A DNA stretch of 64,000 nucleotides from Eledone cirrhosa (GCA_964016885.1 OZ024741.1:40238001-40302000); one strand, 5' to 3'; numbered from the stretch's first letter, positions 25,036 through 39,606 are shown. The notes: generated by a model from the letters alone, not told the origin. Program-made: numbers and translations.

Positions 25036-28000
25036 CTACAGGATGGTATACAGAGAAGGCCCATTTACACGAGCCATTCTCGCCACTATCACCCACCTTT
25101 CATAAAACTGCCTGTAGCCAAGCACCTCTCTCTCCATTCTTATCCTTCTTCCGAAGTGATATCGGAAGAAGTAGACCAGACTATGGCCAGAGAGGAAGTT
25201 GCCTGACCTCAGACCTTTCAATCGTGTCCACCAAACAACCCCTTTCAACATGGCTATTACGCACAGAAAAACCGCCTTTGCTTCCTTTGTGAAGAGGGGA
25301 AGCGGTTTGATTGTCATCACGGACTCGGCGGTCAATTTAATCGGCGCCACCCGCGACAGCAGTCGTTCGGCGTAGCCCCACAGATCAGCCACGCCCGGAC
25401 ATTGCACCAATGCGTGCGCAACGGTTTCTTCGTGACGCACGCATCTAGGGCAAATCTTTTTTGAGGGATCCCTGCCCGGGCGCCCGTGTCTGTAGAGCCT
25501 CTCTCGAACGGGTAGAGCCCCTCGGTAGCACTGCCAGGCCAGTGACTTCTGGAAGTTGTCCATTGGTCCTGGGCCGAAAGTCCTACCGAACAGGCTGGCC
25601 AGTTCGTCTTCTTCCATGTCCAGCGACTCTCCAAGGGTGTCATCGCCCCTGCTAGCCACCAGCCCTCTATAGAATGATGAGGTGGATTCTCCACCGATGG
25701 CCTGGCCCGCTTGCCAGAGAGCCCTGAGCGCCTGAGCACACTCAGTGTGCCAGTCTCCCAGTTTTCCGGATCTTTGCTTGACCCAGGACTGTAGCTCGGT
25801 GAGCGAGACGAGTCTGGGAAAGGCTCGTTTCACGAACGGAGCCCACACCGGTTGACCAGTGAGGAATACCTGTAAGTGCCGTAGCCTTAATGCGTGCCTA
25901 CGCATCATCAACCACGGCATCCCCAGCCCTCCTTTCGAAGGTTGTTGGCAGCAGATGGATCTTCTCACCATAGGAGGGCGCTTCTTCCAAAGAAATTGGA
26001 AGAGCATGCGTTCCATGGTGGTGAGTGTTTCCTTAGGGCAAGGCACGACAGTCAGGCGGTAGTAAGTGACGGACGCTATGTAAATGTTCGCCACCTCCGC
26101 CCGGCCTTTTAGGGACAGCTTACACTTGGCCCATTTCTGGGTTAGTGCAAACACCTTGTTCGTAACCTCGTTCCAGTTCTTTTCCACCTGGAGGTCCGGT
26201 CCAAACCAGACCCCAAGCAACTTTACCGGGCCCTCCGTCCAGTGTCCGACGAAGCCGTCGGGAGGGATCGGCCTGCCTCTCCACGTTCCGAGTTGCAGCC
26301 CGATGGATTTTTCCCGGTTCAGTTTCGCTCCTGACAACCTTTCGTAATCCTCCAGTAAGGTACCGATCGCCTCGATCTCCGAGTCGGTCGATACCATTAC
26401 TGTTACGTCATCGGCGTAGGCCGACACCGCTTTGCTCAATCCTGGTTCCAGGGGGATACCCTGCAACAACTCCAACTTCCTCAGTAAAGGCTCGAGAGTC
26501 AATACGTACAGAAGGGAGGAGAGTGGGCACCCCTGTCGAATGGATCGTGTGATTTCGAACGGCTTCGAAAGGTAGCCGTTCACCTTGATCCTAGAACAGA
26601 TGTGGTTGCTATGTAAGGCAGTGATCCAGCCTCTGAAAACAGGACCGAACCCAGCCGCCGCTAGCACCGCATCCAGGTAACCATGGTCGACCCTATCGAA
26701 GGCCTTAGACTGATCCAAGTTGATCAGGGCCCCACCGAAGCCGGGTTTGTTGCCAACCCTCTCTATGATGTATCGCATAAGGTGGAGGTTATCGTGAATG
26801 GACCTGGATGGGATAGCACATGTCTGCGCATCTCCCACCAGGCCACCCACGACAAGCGGCAACCTCTTTGCTAACACCTTGGCTAAAATCTTTAACTCTG
26901 TGTTTAGCAGGGTTATGGGCCGAAAATTGTTTATACTATCTCCCTTGTTCTCGTCCTTCCTCACCAGCGTGATTACGCCCTTGGCTACAGAACAAGGAAT
27001 TCTCCCGTTCTGCTGCCAATTGCAGTAGACCGCTTCGAAGAGTTCGGAGAAGAAGACCGGCATTGCTAAATAAAGTTCGTAAGGTATACCATCAAGACCT
27101 GGAGATTTGCGTCTGCTGCATTGGCTCAGCGCATCTCCGATCTCATCAACCGAGATTGGTCCCTCGCAGGACTCTGCCTCTTCGCTCGAGAGACGCGGCA
27201 GGCCGTCGAGGTATGGACCGAAATCCACGTCCCCGCCCGGACCCTCGCCTCCCCCGAACAATCGGGCAAAAGGCCTTTGAAAGGCCTCGCACATCTGCTT
27301 AGGCTCCCGGATCACCCGTCCATCTTCGTCTTGCAACGACCGGATGGTGGATCGATTTCCACTCTTAGCTTCTGTCACGCGGGCCCAGCCAACGGCTTTG
27401 GCCCCCTCATTACCTAGAGCACGTATTTTACTTCGAATGACGCAGCCTTCGTGCTTTGCATCGAAAAACTGGTTCAAGGCCGTCCTCGATGCCATCACTC
27501 TGGCCACATCTTCGCTCTTGATTGCCTCTTCTAATTTACCTGTTAATTCTTTCTCGTTTCTATTCCTATCGGCAGCTAACATCTTGCTATAACTTATTGA
27601 TTCTGTTTTAATCTCTCTTTTGAGAGATGCCCACCATCGGTTGTTGACGATTGCACCCGTCAACCTCTCCTTAACTAATCTGCTAATCCGGTTTCTGTAA
27701 GTCTCTTTTGCCGGTAAAGACAAATTAAGTTTCCAGTAACCGGGACCCTGTTTATGTGTTTTCTCGAGATTGACTACGCAGGTCACTAATTTGTGATCCG
27801 TGTAGCCAACCGTGCGCATTTCTGGACAGCTTAATATGTCCCTATCCTTACTTCTAACTAAGAATCTATCTAAGTACGATCTAGATTGACCACTGTGGTT
27901 TCTCCAAGTCCAGGTAGGCACAGTTGGAAAATCTAGTCGATATCTATCGACTAAGTTAAAACGGTCGAGTAACCCCTTGAGGCTGTTACACCCCCCTCTA

Positions 28001-28473
28001 TTAGGACATGCTCCTGCATAGTCCCAACGTGCATCTAGGATGTCATTCCAATCCCCCGCTAGAAGCAGGGAACGCGACGTTCCCAGAAAAGTCTCTAAAC
28101 GCTGGAAGAAGTCGGGCCGTTCAGCTCCGAAAGGGGAGTAGACGGCGACCAGTCTTAAGGCCGCACCTTCACTACTGCCAACGTCTAGCACCAACAAACG
28201 ACCCTCCGGGTCCGAGTGCACAACCTGTACGGCAAGACCCAGGTGTTTTTGCAGTAGTACGACAACCCCACCCCCACCTCCAGGTTGACAGAGAGATGCA
28301 TGCACCTCAAAGTCATCGAAGGTAGGGGCCAGCTGCCGCACGACGCTGATCCGAGTCTCACAGATAACCATTACATTTATACCACATGACCTGAGGTCAT
28401 TTAGAAGCTTTGCTTGCTTCCAAGTTGAGCCCAGGCCACGTGCATTCAAACATGCTACTCTTAACACATCCAT
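25036..28473 (-). CDS. Tx1 ORF2: APE endonuclease + RT + CCHC (1145 aa, intact)
   Basis: LNARGL, ICET, GDWN, SYLDRF, TDH, KSPGLDG, FRPITLLN, DQSKAFDRVDH, IRQGCPLS, AYADDV and CPRC..ETVAHALVQC. Confidence 0.93.
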   Translation of the reverse strand: MDVLRVACLNARGLGSTWKQAKLLNDLRSCGINVMVICETRISVVRQLAPTFDDFEVHASLCQPGGGGGVVVLLQKHLGLAVQVVHSDPEGRLLVLDVGSSEGAALRLVAVYSPFGAERPDFFQRLETFLGTSRSLLLAGDWNDILDARWDYAGACPNRGGCNSLKGLLDRFNLVDRYRLDFPTVPTWTWRNHSGQSRSYLDRFLVRSKDRDILSCPEMRTVGYTDHKLVTCVVNLEKTHKQGPGYWKLNLSLPAKETYRNRISRLVKERLTGAIVNNRWWASLKREIKTESISYSKMLAADRNRNEKELTGKLEEAIKSEDVARVMASRTALNQFFDAKHEGCVIRSKIRALGNEGAKAVGWARVTEAKSGNRSTIRSLQDEDGRVIREPKQMCEAFQRPFARLFGGGEGPGGDVDFGPYLDGLPRLSSEEAESCEGPISVDEIGDALSQCSRRKSPGLDGIPYELYLAMPVFFSELFEAVYCNWQQNGRIPCSVAKGVITLVRKDENKGDSINNFRPITLLNTELKILAKVLAKRLPLVVGGLVGDAQTCAIPSRSIHDNLHLMRYIIERVGNKPGFGGALINLDQSKAFDRVDHGYLDAVLAAAGFGPVFRGWITALHSNHICSRIKVNGYLSKPFEITRSIRQGCPLSSLLYVLTLEPLLRKLELLQGIPLEPGLSKAVSAYADDVTVMVSTDSEIEAIGTLLEDYERLSGAKLNREKSIGLQLGTWRGRPIPPDGFVGHWTEGPVKLLGVWFGPDLQVEKNWNEVTNKVFALTQKWAKCKLSLKGRAEVANIYIASVTYYRLTVVPCPKETLTTMERMLFQFLWKKRPPMVRRSICCQQPSKGGLGMPWLMMRRHALRLRHLQVFLTGQPVWAPFVKRAFPRLVSLTELQSWVKQRSGKLGDWHTECAQALRALWQAGQAIGGESTSSFYRGLVASRGDDTLGESLDMEEDELASLFGRTFGPGPMDNFQKSLAWQCYRGALPVRERLYRHGRPGRDPSKKICPRCVRHEETVAHALVQCPGVADLWGYAERLLSRVAPIKLTAESVMTIKPLPLFTKEAKAVFLCVIAMLKGVVWWTRLKGLRSGNFLSGHSLVYFFRYHFGRRIRMEREVLGYRQFYERWVIVARMARVNGPSLYTIL

Positions 28474-28506
28474 GTGGGCGGCAGAGCCAAAGGAGAGTGT
28501 AGAGAC

Positions 28507-30443
28507 CTACCTTTCCGCTTCCCGGGGTTCGGGTCGCACGACTTCCATGGGGTCGGGGGTGTTGGGTGAAGGGGTGTCTTGTGGTGGTGTGGGGTCGTCA
28601 GTGTGTGGTGGGGTTGGGGTGTTTGGAGTTGTGTTGGGGAGGGGAAGGGGAGGGGGAAAGCTTTTTAGTAGGACGCGGTTTATGGGTTTGACAGAGGGTG
28701 GTCCTACGTCCTCCTTAAAATCCTTTTTTAGTTTTTGGTAGAGGTTCATTGGGATCTTTATTAATGTTAAATGTGGGTAGTTTTCTGAAGAAACAAAGTT
28801 TACACCTTCGGTTTGTACCGAAGGATTATTGTTTATGAGTTCATTTAATTTATTATTGTTTCTGTTGATGTAAGTATAGTGTAATGTCTTTTTTTCAGAT
28901 GGTGTGAGTGTTTCGAAGAGGGGAGGGGAAGGTTTGGTTTTGTTTGTTGCTGGAGGGGTGTTTTCTGTTTTGTTGGATTGTGTTGACATTTGGGTGGGGG
29001 TTGTTTGGCCTTGTGTGTTTTGCACATGTTTTCTTTTTTTCCTTTTAATCTGTCTGAAGGACTCCGTTTCTTCCTCCGAATTCATTGGGTTATCTTCAGT
29101 GTTGGAGGGAAGAAGTATGTTTGCTGGTAATGTTTCCGTGTTGGTTTTCTTTGTGGGGGAGATGGATGTCACTATGTTAGACTGTGTTGTGTGTTGTGTC
29201 TGCGGTGGTTGTGTTGTTTTATTGAGTGACGGGTTGGGTGGGCCTGTATTTTGTTTTGGGGTAATGTGTTGTGACTGTTTGTGTTGTGGTGGTGGTGTAG
29301 TTTTACTGGGGGACGGGTTGGGTGGGACTGAGTTTTGTTGTTTGTTTATCTGTTGTGGTGGTGGTGGTGGAGCTGGTGTTGGTAGCAGGGTTTTCTTTTT
29401 GTTGAGTCGGGGACAAGCGGCCTTCAGGTGCCCTCTGCCTGCACAGATATGACAGGACGGCCTTCTCCCCTCCACGCTAATGTTTATATACCCGTGGCCT
29501 TCTAATAGGATTCTGTCGGGTATTTGGGCGATGCGTTCAGGCTTCATTTGCACTACCAGCTCTATACCTGTTCCACTGAACGCATTGCCTGTGGTTTTCC
29601 CAATGGAAATCACGTTGTCATTCACTGGATCGATGAAGCCAGCTATGAGCCAGCAGTAGTCCACATCTGGCATCATTGCATCCAGCCATATGCGTTGAGT
29701 TCTTTTACCCATATAAGATGGATAAAAGGTAAAAATTTTCGAAAGAATCGGTGACAAAGCACATTTTTTTGCCGCCGATTCGTTCTTCATGATAATTGCT
29801 AGGCTTCCATACAGTCTGTCTTTTCTTATGAAAGTGGTTTCATTAAGTACTTCTGTGAGTACTGTTTTGATATCTGCCTGAGTTGGCTGTTCAGGTTTTT
29901 TTTAAGTGTTGTTGATGGTGCGGAACACGACCGTTCGACTTTCAATGTCTTTGGTGAGTTCTTGAGGCATTTTTACCGATAAAATACCATTCTCTCCTTC
30001 ACTTATGTATTGTTTGGCGTCTGTGATTCTTCGTGCCACATCTGAAATATTTTCAGGTATATATGTCAAGGATTTCTTTGTTGTTTGTGCAAATGAAATC
30101 TTGACTTTGTCGTCCGCTTTGCTTTCTGTTATGGTGTTATTTTCAAATGTTATTTTTGTGTTTGTTGTGTCTTTGTTTGTGGTATTAGTATTGTCATGCA
30201 ATTTTTCAAATTTTTTTTTTTTTCGTTGTTGGAATCCATGTCCAGATTTGTGTTTTCGTCATTTTTCTCCGCAGATTCGTCTGTTTTTATTTTATTTTTT
30301 CCTTCCTTCTCTATGACGTTAGTTGGGAAGGAAGGGGGGACTAAAGCGTGCGAGCTTACAACTCTTACCGCTGTCCCCCCACCACTATTTTCGTTCGCTT
30401 CGTTTAACATTTCTGTCAGACGATTGAAATTTTTTTGCCACAA
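28507..30443 (-). pseudogene. Tx1 ORF1 (gag-like CCHC), frameshifted at two homopolymer runs
   Basis: CHICAGRGHLKAAC knuckle and Pro/Thr-rich region. The ORF pieces overlap or abut at the T-runs near 29900 and 30215. Confidence 0.8.
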
Positions 30444-30667
30444 AATTTTTTAAAACAGGTTTTTCACCTCTAGGAGGGGTAAAGATGAGCTGACCCACCG
30501 CCTGACAGTTCAGACGGGGGGTCAAGCTACACAATAGTATCAAAATTAAATTTGAACTCACAAAATTTCCGCAATAAATTTGAACAAAACTTCTGCGCGA
30601 AGTGAATTACATCCACACTGTAGAACAGACGACAGCTAGATTAAATGATAGATAGATATAGAGATAG

Positions 30668-30756
<89 letters not shown>

Positions 30757-30759
<3 letters not shown>

Positions 30760-33700
30760 GGGAGGCGGTTTGATCATGACAATGTACTCGGTGGTCAACC
30801 GGATTGGTCCCACCCGCGACAGTAGTCGTTCCACATAGCCCCACAGGTCAGCAACTCCCGGGCAGTGTACGAATGCGTGCGCGACGGTTTCCTCGTCACG
30901 CACGCATCTCGGACAGATCTTCTTCGAGGAGTCCCTACCCGGGCGCCCGTGTCTGTAGAGCTAGTCCCGAACGGGTAGAGCTCCTCGGTAGCAATGCCAA
31001 GCCAGGGACTTTTGGAAATTGTCCATCGGTCCCGGGCCAAACGTCCTACCGAACAGACTGGCTAGCTCGTCTTCCTCGATGCCCAGAGCCTCTCCGAGAG
31101 CGTCGTCGCACTTGCTACGCACCAACCCTCTATAGAATGTTGATGTTGAGTCTCCAGTGATTGCCGGATCCGCTTGCCAGAGGGCTGTGAGTACCTGGGC
31201 ACATTCAATGTGCCAGTCGCCCATTTTTCTCGGTCTTTGCTTGACCCAGGATTGCAGCTCGGTGAGTGAGACGAGTCTCGGAAGGGCTCGCCTCACAAAA
31301 GGGGCCCACACCGGCTGACCGGTGAGGGATACCTGGAGGTGCCGTAGCCTTAATGCGTGTCTACGCATCGTCAGCCACGGCATCCCCAGCCCTCCGTTCG
31401 AAGGGTGTTTAGAGCAGATGGATCTTCCAACCAAAGGGGCCCGCTTCTTCCAAAGGAATCAGAAGAGCGCGCGCTCCATTTTGGCGAGCGTTTTTGCTGG
31501 GCAAGGCACAACGGTCAAGCGGTAGTAGATGACGGACGCTATATAAGTGTTATCCACCTCCGCTCGACCTTTCAGGGATAGTTTGCACTCGGCCCACTTC
31601 TGGGCGAGTGCAAACACCCTGCCCGTTACCTCGTCCCAGTTTTTCTCCACCTGGAGGTCCGGTCCGAACCAGACCCCGAGCAGCTTCACCGGTCCCTCCG
31701 TCCAGCGTCCGACGACACCGTCGGAGGGCATCGGTTTGCCTCTCCACGTTCCGAGTTGCAAACCGACGGACTTATCCCGGTTCAGCTTGGCTCCTGTAAA
31801 CCTTTCGTATTCTTCCAGTAAGGTGCGGATCTGCCCGATTTCCGAGGCGCACGACACCATTACTCTCACGTCATCGGCGGAGGCCGACACCGCTTTCCGC
31901 AATCCCAGTTCCAAGGGGCTTCCCTGCAACAGCTCCAACTTCCGCAGTAGAGCCACCGCATACAGAAGGGAGGAGAGAGGGCATCCCTGTCTGATGGATC
32001 GCACGATTTGGAACGGCTCCGAGAGGTAGCCGTTCACCTAGACCCTCGAGCAGGTGTTGCTGCTGTGCATTGCAGCAATCAAGCCCCTCAAAACGGGTCC
32101 GAAGCCTGCCGCCGCGAGCACCGCATCCAGGTACCGATGGTCGACCCTATCGAACGCCTTAGATTGATCCAAGTTGAACAGGGCCCCACCAAAGCCGGGT
32201 TCGTTCCCTACCCTCTCTATGATGTATCGCATGAGGTGGAGGTTGTCGTGAATGGACCTGGACGGGATTGCGCATCTCTGCGCTTCTCCCACCAGGTTCC
32301 CGACGACAAGCGCCAACCTCTTCGCTAACACCTTGGCCAAAATCTTTAACTCTGTGTTTAGCAGAGTTATGGGCCTGAAGTAATCTGTGTCATCCCCCTT
32401 GTTCTCGTCCTTCCTCACCAGAGTGACTACGCCCTTGGTCACAGAACTGGGAATTCTCCAGTTCTGTTGCCAGTTGCAGTAGACCACCTCGAGGAGATTG
32501 GAGAACAAGTCCGGCATCGCTACATAAAGTTCGTATGGTAGACCATCGAGACCGGGAGATTTGCGTTTGCCGCATTCGCTCAGCGCTTCCCCTATCTCAG
32601 CGGCTGAAATCGGCCTTTCGCACGCCTTCGCCTCCCCGTCCGAGAGCTGCGGCAGACCGTTGAGGTATAGACCGAAATCCATGGCCTCACCCGGCCCGCG
32701 GCCCCTCCCGAACAGCCATGCAAAGCACCGTTGAAAGGCCGCGCACATCCGCTCAGGTTCAAGGATCACGCGTCCATCCTAGTCCTTCAAAGACCGAATC
32801 GTGGACTTGTTCCCACTTTTTGCCTCTGTCACTCGGGCCCAGCTAACAGCTTTGGCTCCCTCGTTACCCAGAGCACGTATTTTACTCCTGACAACGCAAC
32901 CCTCGTGCTTCGCATCAAAGAACTGGTCTAGGGCCGTTCTTGACGCCAGCACGCCGGCCACGTTACCACTCCTAATCGCCTCTTCTACTCTCTCTATCAA
33001 TTCCCTTTCAGTTCTATTCCTATCTGATGCCAATTCCTGACTAAAACCTATCGATTCTATTCTAATTTCTCTCTTGAGAGAGCCCCACCACCTGCTGTTG
33101 ACAATTGCCCCCGTCAACCGCTGCTTAACTAGAGTGCTAATCCGCTTACTGTAACCTTTGTTTGTCGGTAAGGACAAGTTTAGCTTCCAGTAACCGGGTC
33201 CTTGTCTATGGGTTCTATCAAGGTTGACCACTCCGGTCACCAACTTGTGATCCGAATAGTCAACCATGAACATTCGTGGACAGCTTAATATGTCCCTATC
33301 CTTATTTCTAACTAGGAACCTATCTAGGTACGACCTAGATGTTCCGCTGCGATTAGACCACATCCACAGTGGCACAGTCGGAAAATCTAGTCGATATCTA
33401 TCAGCCAGATCAAATCGGCCGATTAACCGTTTGAGGCTGTTACACTCCCCTCTATTGGGACATGCCCCTACATAGTCCCAACGTGAATCCAGGATACCAT
33501 TCCAGTCCCCCACTAAAAGCAAGGAGCGAGACGTTCCCAGAAAAGTCTCTAGGCATTGCAAGAAGTCCGGTCGCCGTGTCCCAGATGGGGCATACGCTGC
33601 CACCAGCATGAAGGCTCCACCTTCACTACTGCCGACGTCTAGAACCACCAGTTGGCCCTGCGGATCCAGGTGTACCTTCCGTGTTGCGAGGCCCAGGTGT

Positions 33701-35709
33701 TTTCGCAGCAGAACGACCACCCCGCCTCCACTCTCCACCCCCACCCCCACCCCCGGCTGACAGAGAGATGCATAGATCTCAGAATCGTCGAAGATGGGGG
33801 CCAGTTGGTGCTCGCTGCTGATCCTGGACTCGCAAATAGGTATCACATCCATTCTGTGCGACCTGAGGTCATTTAAGAGTTTGCCCTGCTTCCAGGACAT
33901 CCCCAAGCCGCGCACATTTAAACATCCAACTCTTATGACAGCCGTGTTGGTGGTGAAGAGTTTAGAGTGGAGAAAAAAGAAAATACACCTACCTGTCCTT
34001 CTCCTGTGGACCAGGCTGCACAATTTCCATGGGGTTGTCGGCGGGGTTGTTTGGTGGGATGGTGGTTTGGGATGTGGTGGGGTGGGGGTGTTTGGTGGGG
34101 GAGGGGTGTCTGGGGTGGTGGTGGGGAAACATTTCAAGAGGACGCGGATGCTAGGTCTAGTACAGGGGTTCCCCACGTCCTCGGGAAAGTTCTGTTTGAG
34201 CATTGCGTAGGTGTCCCTTGGGACCCTAATCATTTTTAAATGCGGTTTAGTCGCCGCGTTGGTGAACATTTTCCCTTCGGTTTCCACCGAAGGGTCTTTG
34301 TCTATTGTTTGTACAAGTGTTTTGTTGTTTGTGTTGATGTATGCATACTGTTTTTGTTGTGTTGTGTTTGTTTTTGTTTGTTGTTCTTATGTGTGTTTGC
34401 GTTTTGTAGTATGTGTTATGTTTTCGGGAGGGGTGGGTTTTTTTTGTTTGTGATATTTGTTCTGTTTGTGCTGGTGGCTGTGTGTTTGTTGTATTTTTGT
34501 TGATGTAGTGCCTTCTTTTCTTTCTTTTTACCGGTTGAAAGGGTTCTCCCTCGTCGTCACTGGGTGACGTTGATAAGGGGTCCTCGTCCGTGTTGTTGGG
34601 GAGGGGTATATTTGGGGGTTTTGTTGTGGTTGCTTTTGTATTGGTTTTAGGTGGGGAGGGGTTGGGTGGGACAGTATCTTGTGTTGTTTATTTTTCGTGT
34701 TGTTGTGATTGTTGTGGTGGTGGTGGTGGTGATTGTGTTGTTGTGTGTGGGGTGGGCAGAAGCGTCATTTTGTTGGGGGGGGCATTTAAAAGGGGACAGG
34801 AAGCCCTCAGGTGACCACTTCTTGAACAGTGGTAGCATGAACCCCGCCTGCCCTCAACAGAAATGTTTATGAAGGCGACTCCATCCAGGGACACACGCTG
34901 CGGTATTCTTGCTATCCGTTCTGGTCTCATTTGGACCAGAACTTCAAGGCTATTGCCGCCGAATACGCCCCCGGTGGACTCGCCTATCGAAATGATTGTG
35001 TCCTCATCTTCTAAGAATCCCGTTAGCACCCACCAAATGCTCACATTTGGCCTGATGCCCGAGATTCTTATCTTTTGAGTTCTTTTCCCCAAATATGTGG
35101 GGGAAAAGGTGTATGCTTTGGATACAATTGGCGACACAGAATATTTCCGTGTCGCCAATTCATCTTGCATTAAAACAGATATGCTTCCATACAGTTTCCC
35201 TTTCTGTATGAAAGCGATATCCTTCCAGGCACTACTTAGGACCAGGCTCAATTTCGCTTACGGACAATTGAGCCGGTTTCATAGTCGCGTTCGAAACTGT
35301 CCTATAAATTACGGCCCTGAGGATTGTGACCCTTCTAATTTTTTCGGGGGAAGTAATTGTGAATTCCCCACCTTCCCCGAAACTTACACAATTCCTTGCT
35401 TCTTTCAGCAATTTCTTGGCATTCGAGATGTCCAGTGCCTTGTATGTCTGCGTTTCTCGAACCGCCTGTGCGAAGGAGACTGCAGCTGTGGGTCCATTTT
35501 CTTTCGTGTTGTTATCATTGTTGTTGTTGTTTTTATTCGTGTTGGCTTGCTTTTTTCCTTTGTTGGTGTTGTCATTTTACCCAACGTCTGCAGGCCCAGG
35601 CGAGGGGTTAAACACAACAAATAACAAGTAGCTTAAACAAACCTACCGCTTCTCGTAATAAATTCCGACAAAATGCAGGAGCGAACCAAAAACACGTCTA
35701 TCTTCTCCG

Positions 35710-35710
<1 letters not shown>
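30757..35710 (-). mobile_element. Second, diverged and degraded Tx1 element (3' end missing)
   Basis: Fragmented ORF1 and ORF2 homologous to the first copy (VGCLNVRGL, GDWN, YSDH, DQSKAFDRVDH, RQGCPLS). The 5' end abuts (GATA)n. Confidence 0.9.
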
Positions 35711-35748
<38 letters not shown>

Positions 35749-36103
35749 CGGTATTGTTTTTGATATTCCTGTCCGACTATGTTTGTTCTTCCAACACGTC
35801 CCCTCGCCATGCTCCAGGGAAACCCCTTCTCTATTCTGTCTACCATGGCCACAGGGAGGGCAACTCATGGTCCCCCTTTGGCTTATAATAGAGAGAGATG
35901 GGGAGAACGAGAGGGACGGATGCTGTGACAATACCAGTATTGCTAAAGTATCTTGAAGAATTAAAGGTGAAGAGATTTTATGATAAATAGATAGATAGAT
36001 ATATAGATACATACCAGTCTACAGGGTTGTTGATTTTTTTGTTATTGTGGTTAACGTCTATCGTATTTGTTTTTGTTGTTGTTTTAAACAAAGGCCCAGA
36101 AAA

Positions 36104-36168
<65 letters not shown>

Positions 36169-36214
36169 GAAATACAACAGGATAACATATATTAATAAAT
36201 TATCTACTTATGAG

Positions 36215-36390
36215 CAGTGGGTTGGCAGTATCGGTATAGCGGCAGACACCATGCTTTGCAGCATAGAGTTATGGCCCTTTGCGTTCTGAGTTCAAATCCC
36301 ACCGAGGTTAACTTTGCCTTACATCCTTACATGGTCGATAAAATAAAGTACCAATAAAATATGCACTGTGCCAAAAGTAGAAACAATTAT
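36215..36390 (+). mobile_element. SINE S1
   Basis: Matches the S1 consensus. Confidence 0.8.
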
Positions 36391-36868
36391 TGTGCAGATT
36401 TAGACGGTTTTGGCTGCTATTTCCAACGTCAATATAAGCCTGTTGTATTGTCCTAATACATTGAGTGGGATATATTCATATACTAATTCAGCAACACAAG
36501 ACGTTGTGGGGTCTGGCAACGACAAGATATGTATAATATGTATGATATGTATTCAACTTGTCCCCTCATTACTAAGAATTCTTCTCCCAATGAAGGAACT
36601 GTAATTCTTCTAATATTTCTCAAATGGAATAATTGGTGTTGTTTCTTGAGTTCCAGAAACCATGGTCAGGGAACTTTATAAGGAAAAACCGACTTATTTT
36701 AGCCGCTCTACCTTATATCCCCCAAATTGAGATTTTGGTTAAGTTTAATATATTTTAATACCCCTCTGGGTAGATAATTTATTAATATATCTTATTCTTT
36801 CATTGTGATGTCTAAGTATTCGAGACAGTTAACTTTATAGATTAATATATACACACACATAGAAAGAT

Positions 36869-38129
<1,261 letters not shown>

Positions 38130-38130
<1 letters not shown>

Positions 38131-38303
38131 CGAAGGAAGTGTGGTAAGGAACCAGATGGACCATAACACACCAGAGTACTCGATATTTTGGGTAGTAGAG
38201 TGGGTAATAGGAAAAGAGTCAGAATCCCGACGGCAGAGTTCAAGCCAGAAATAGCTGTCGAAACGGCTTGAGCTCTGCCGTCGGGATTCTGACTCTTTTC
38301 CTA
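38130..38303 (-). mobile_element. Fold-back family F1, copy 2
   Basis: Same tail as 7381-7458. GAAAC GGC ttgagctct GCC GTC lies at 38260-38282. Confidence 0.8.
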
Positions 38304-38383
38304 TACATATATATATATATGTGTGCGTCTTTGTATATGTGTGTATGTGTGTGTATGTACACGTGTGTGTGTTCTTGTATGTA

Positions 38384-38449
<66 letters not shown>

Positions 38450-38631
38450 TGTGGTGATAGTGATACCAGGAATTCCTTCATAGTAGTGATTCTGCAGTTG
38501 TTGTTGTTGTTACTGCTGCTACCTCTACTGCTGCTGCTGTACCTTCAGGTTTTGCCACAAGTGTGGGGGGGGGGGGGGCATTGTTGATTGTGCTATTGTT
38601 AGTGGTGTAAGGCTGAGAATGTTATTATTAG

Positions 38632-38818
38632 GTGGATTGGCATTATCGGTAGCGAGTCGGACACCATGCTTTGAAGCATAGAGTTACGTCCCTTTATGAT
38701 CTGAGTTCAAATCCCGCCGAGGTTAACTTTGCCTTTCATGCTTACAGGGTCGATAAAATAAAGTACCAGAATGTACTGGCAATTTGCTGGCCTTGTGCCT
38801 AAAGTAGAAACAATTATT
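38632..38818 (+). mobile_element. SINE S1
   Basis: Matches the S1 consensus. Confidence 0.85.
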
Positions 38819-38837
38819 AATATTGCTACTATCGTTA

Positions 38838-39606
38838 ATGTTGTTGTAGTTGTCGTTGTTGTTGTAGTTGTCGTTGTTGTCATTGTTGTTGTAGTTGTCG
38901 TTGTTGTAGTTGTCGTTGTTGTTGTAGTTGTCGTTGTTGTCATTGTTGTTGTAGTTGTCGTTGTTGTCATTGTTGTTGTAGTTGTAGTTGTCGTTGTTGT
39001 TGTAGTTGTCGTTGTTGTCGTTGTTGTTGTAGTTGTCGTTGTTGTCGTTGTTGTTGTAGTTGTCGTTGTTGTCATTGTTGTTGTAGTTGTCGTTGTTGTC
39101 GTTGTTGTTGTAGTTGTCGTTGTTGTCGTTGTTGTTGTAGTTGTCGTTGTTGTCGTTGTTGTTGTAGTTGTCGTTGTTGTCGTTGTTGTTGTAGTTGTTG
39201 TAGTTGTCGTTGTTGTTGTAGTTGTCGTTGTTGTCGTTGTTGTTGTAGTTGTCGTTGTTGTCGTTGTTGTTGTAGTTGTCGTTGTTGTTGTAGTTGTTGT
39301 AGTTGTCGTTGTTGTTGTAGTTGTCGTTGTTGTCGTTGTTGTTGTAGTTGTCGTTGTTGTCGTTGTTGTTGTAGTTGTCGTTGTTGTTGTTGTTGTAGTT
39401 GTCGTTGTTGTCGTTGTTGATGCTGTTATTGTTATAGTTGTAATTATTGTTAGTGAAGTTGATACTATTGTAGATGTTGCTGTTGTAGTTGTTGTCGATG
39501 TTGTTGTTGTTGTTGTTGCTGTTGTTGTTGTTGTTGTTGTTGTTGCTGATGATGATGATGAAGATGTTGTTGTTGTTGTTGTTGCTGCTGCTGCTGCTGC
39601 TGCTGT

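Larger units (their letters stand above)
24821..30646 (-). mobile_element. Full-length Tx1/L1-clade LINE
   Basis: ORF1 and ORF2 are present, AATAAA lies at the 3' end (24825-24830), and (GATA)n is at both ends. Confidence 0.9.
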
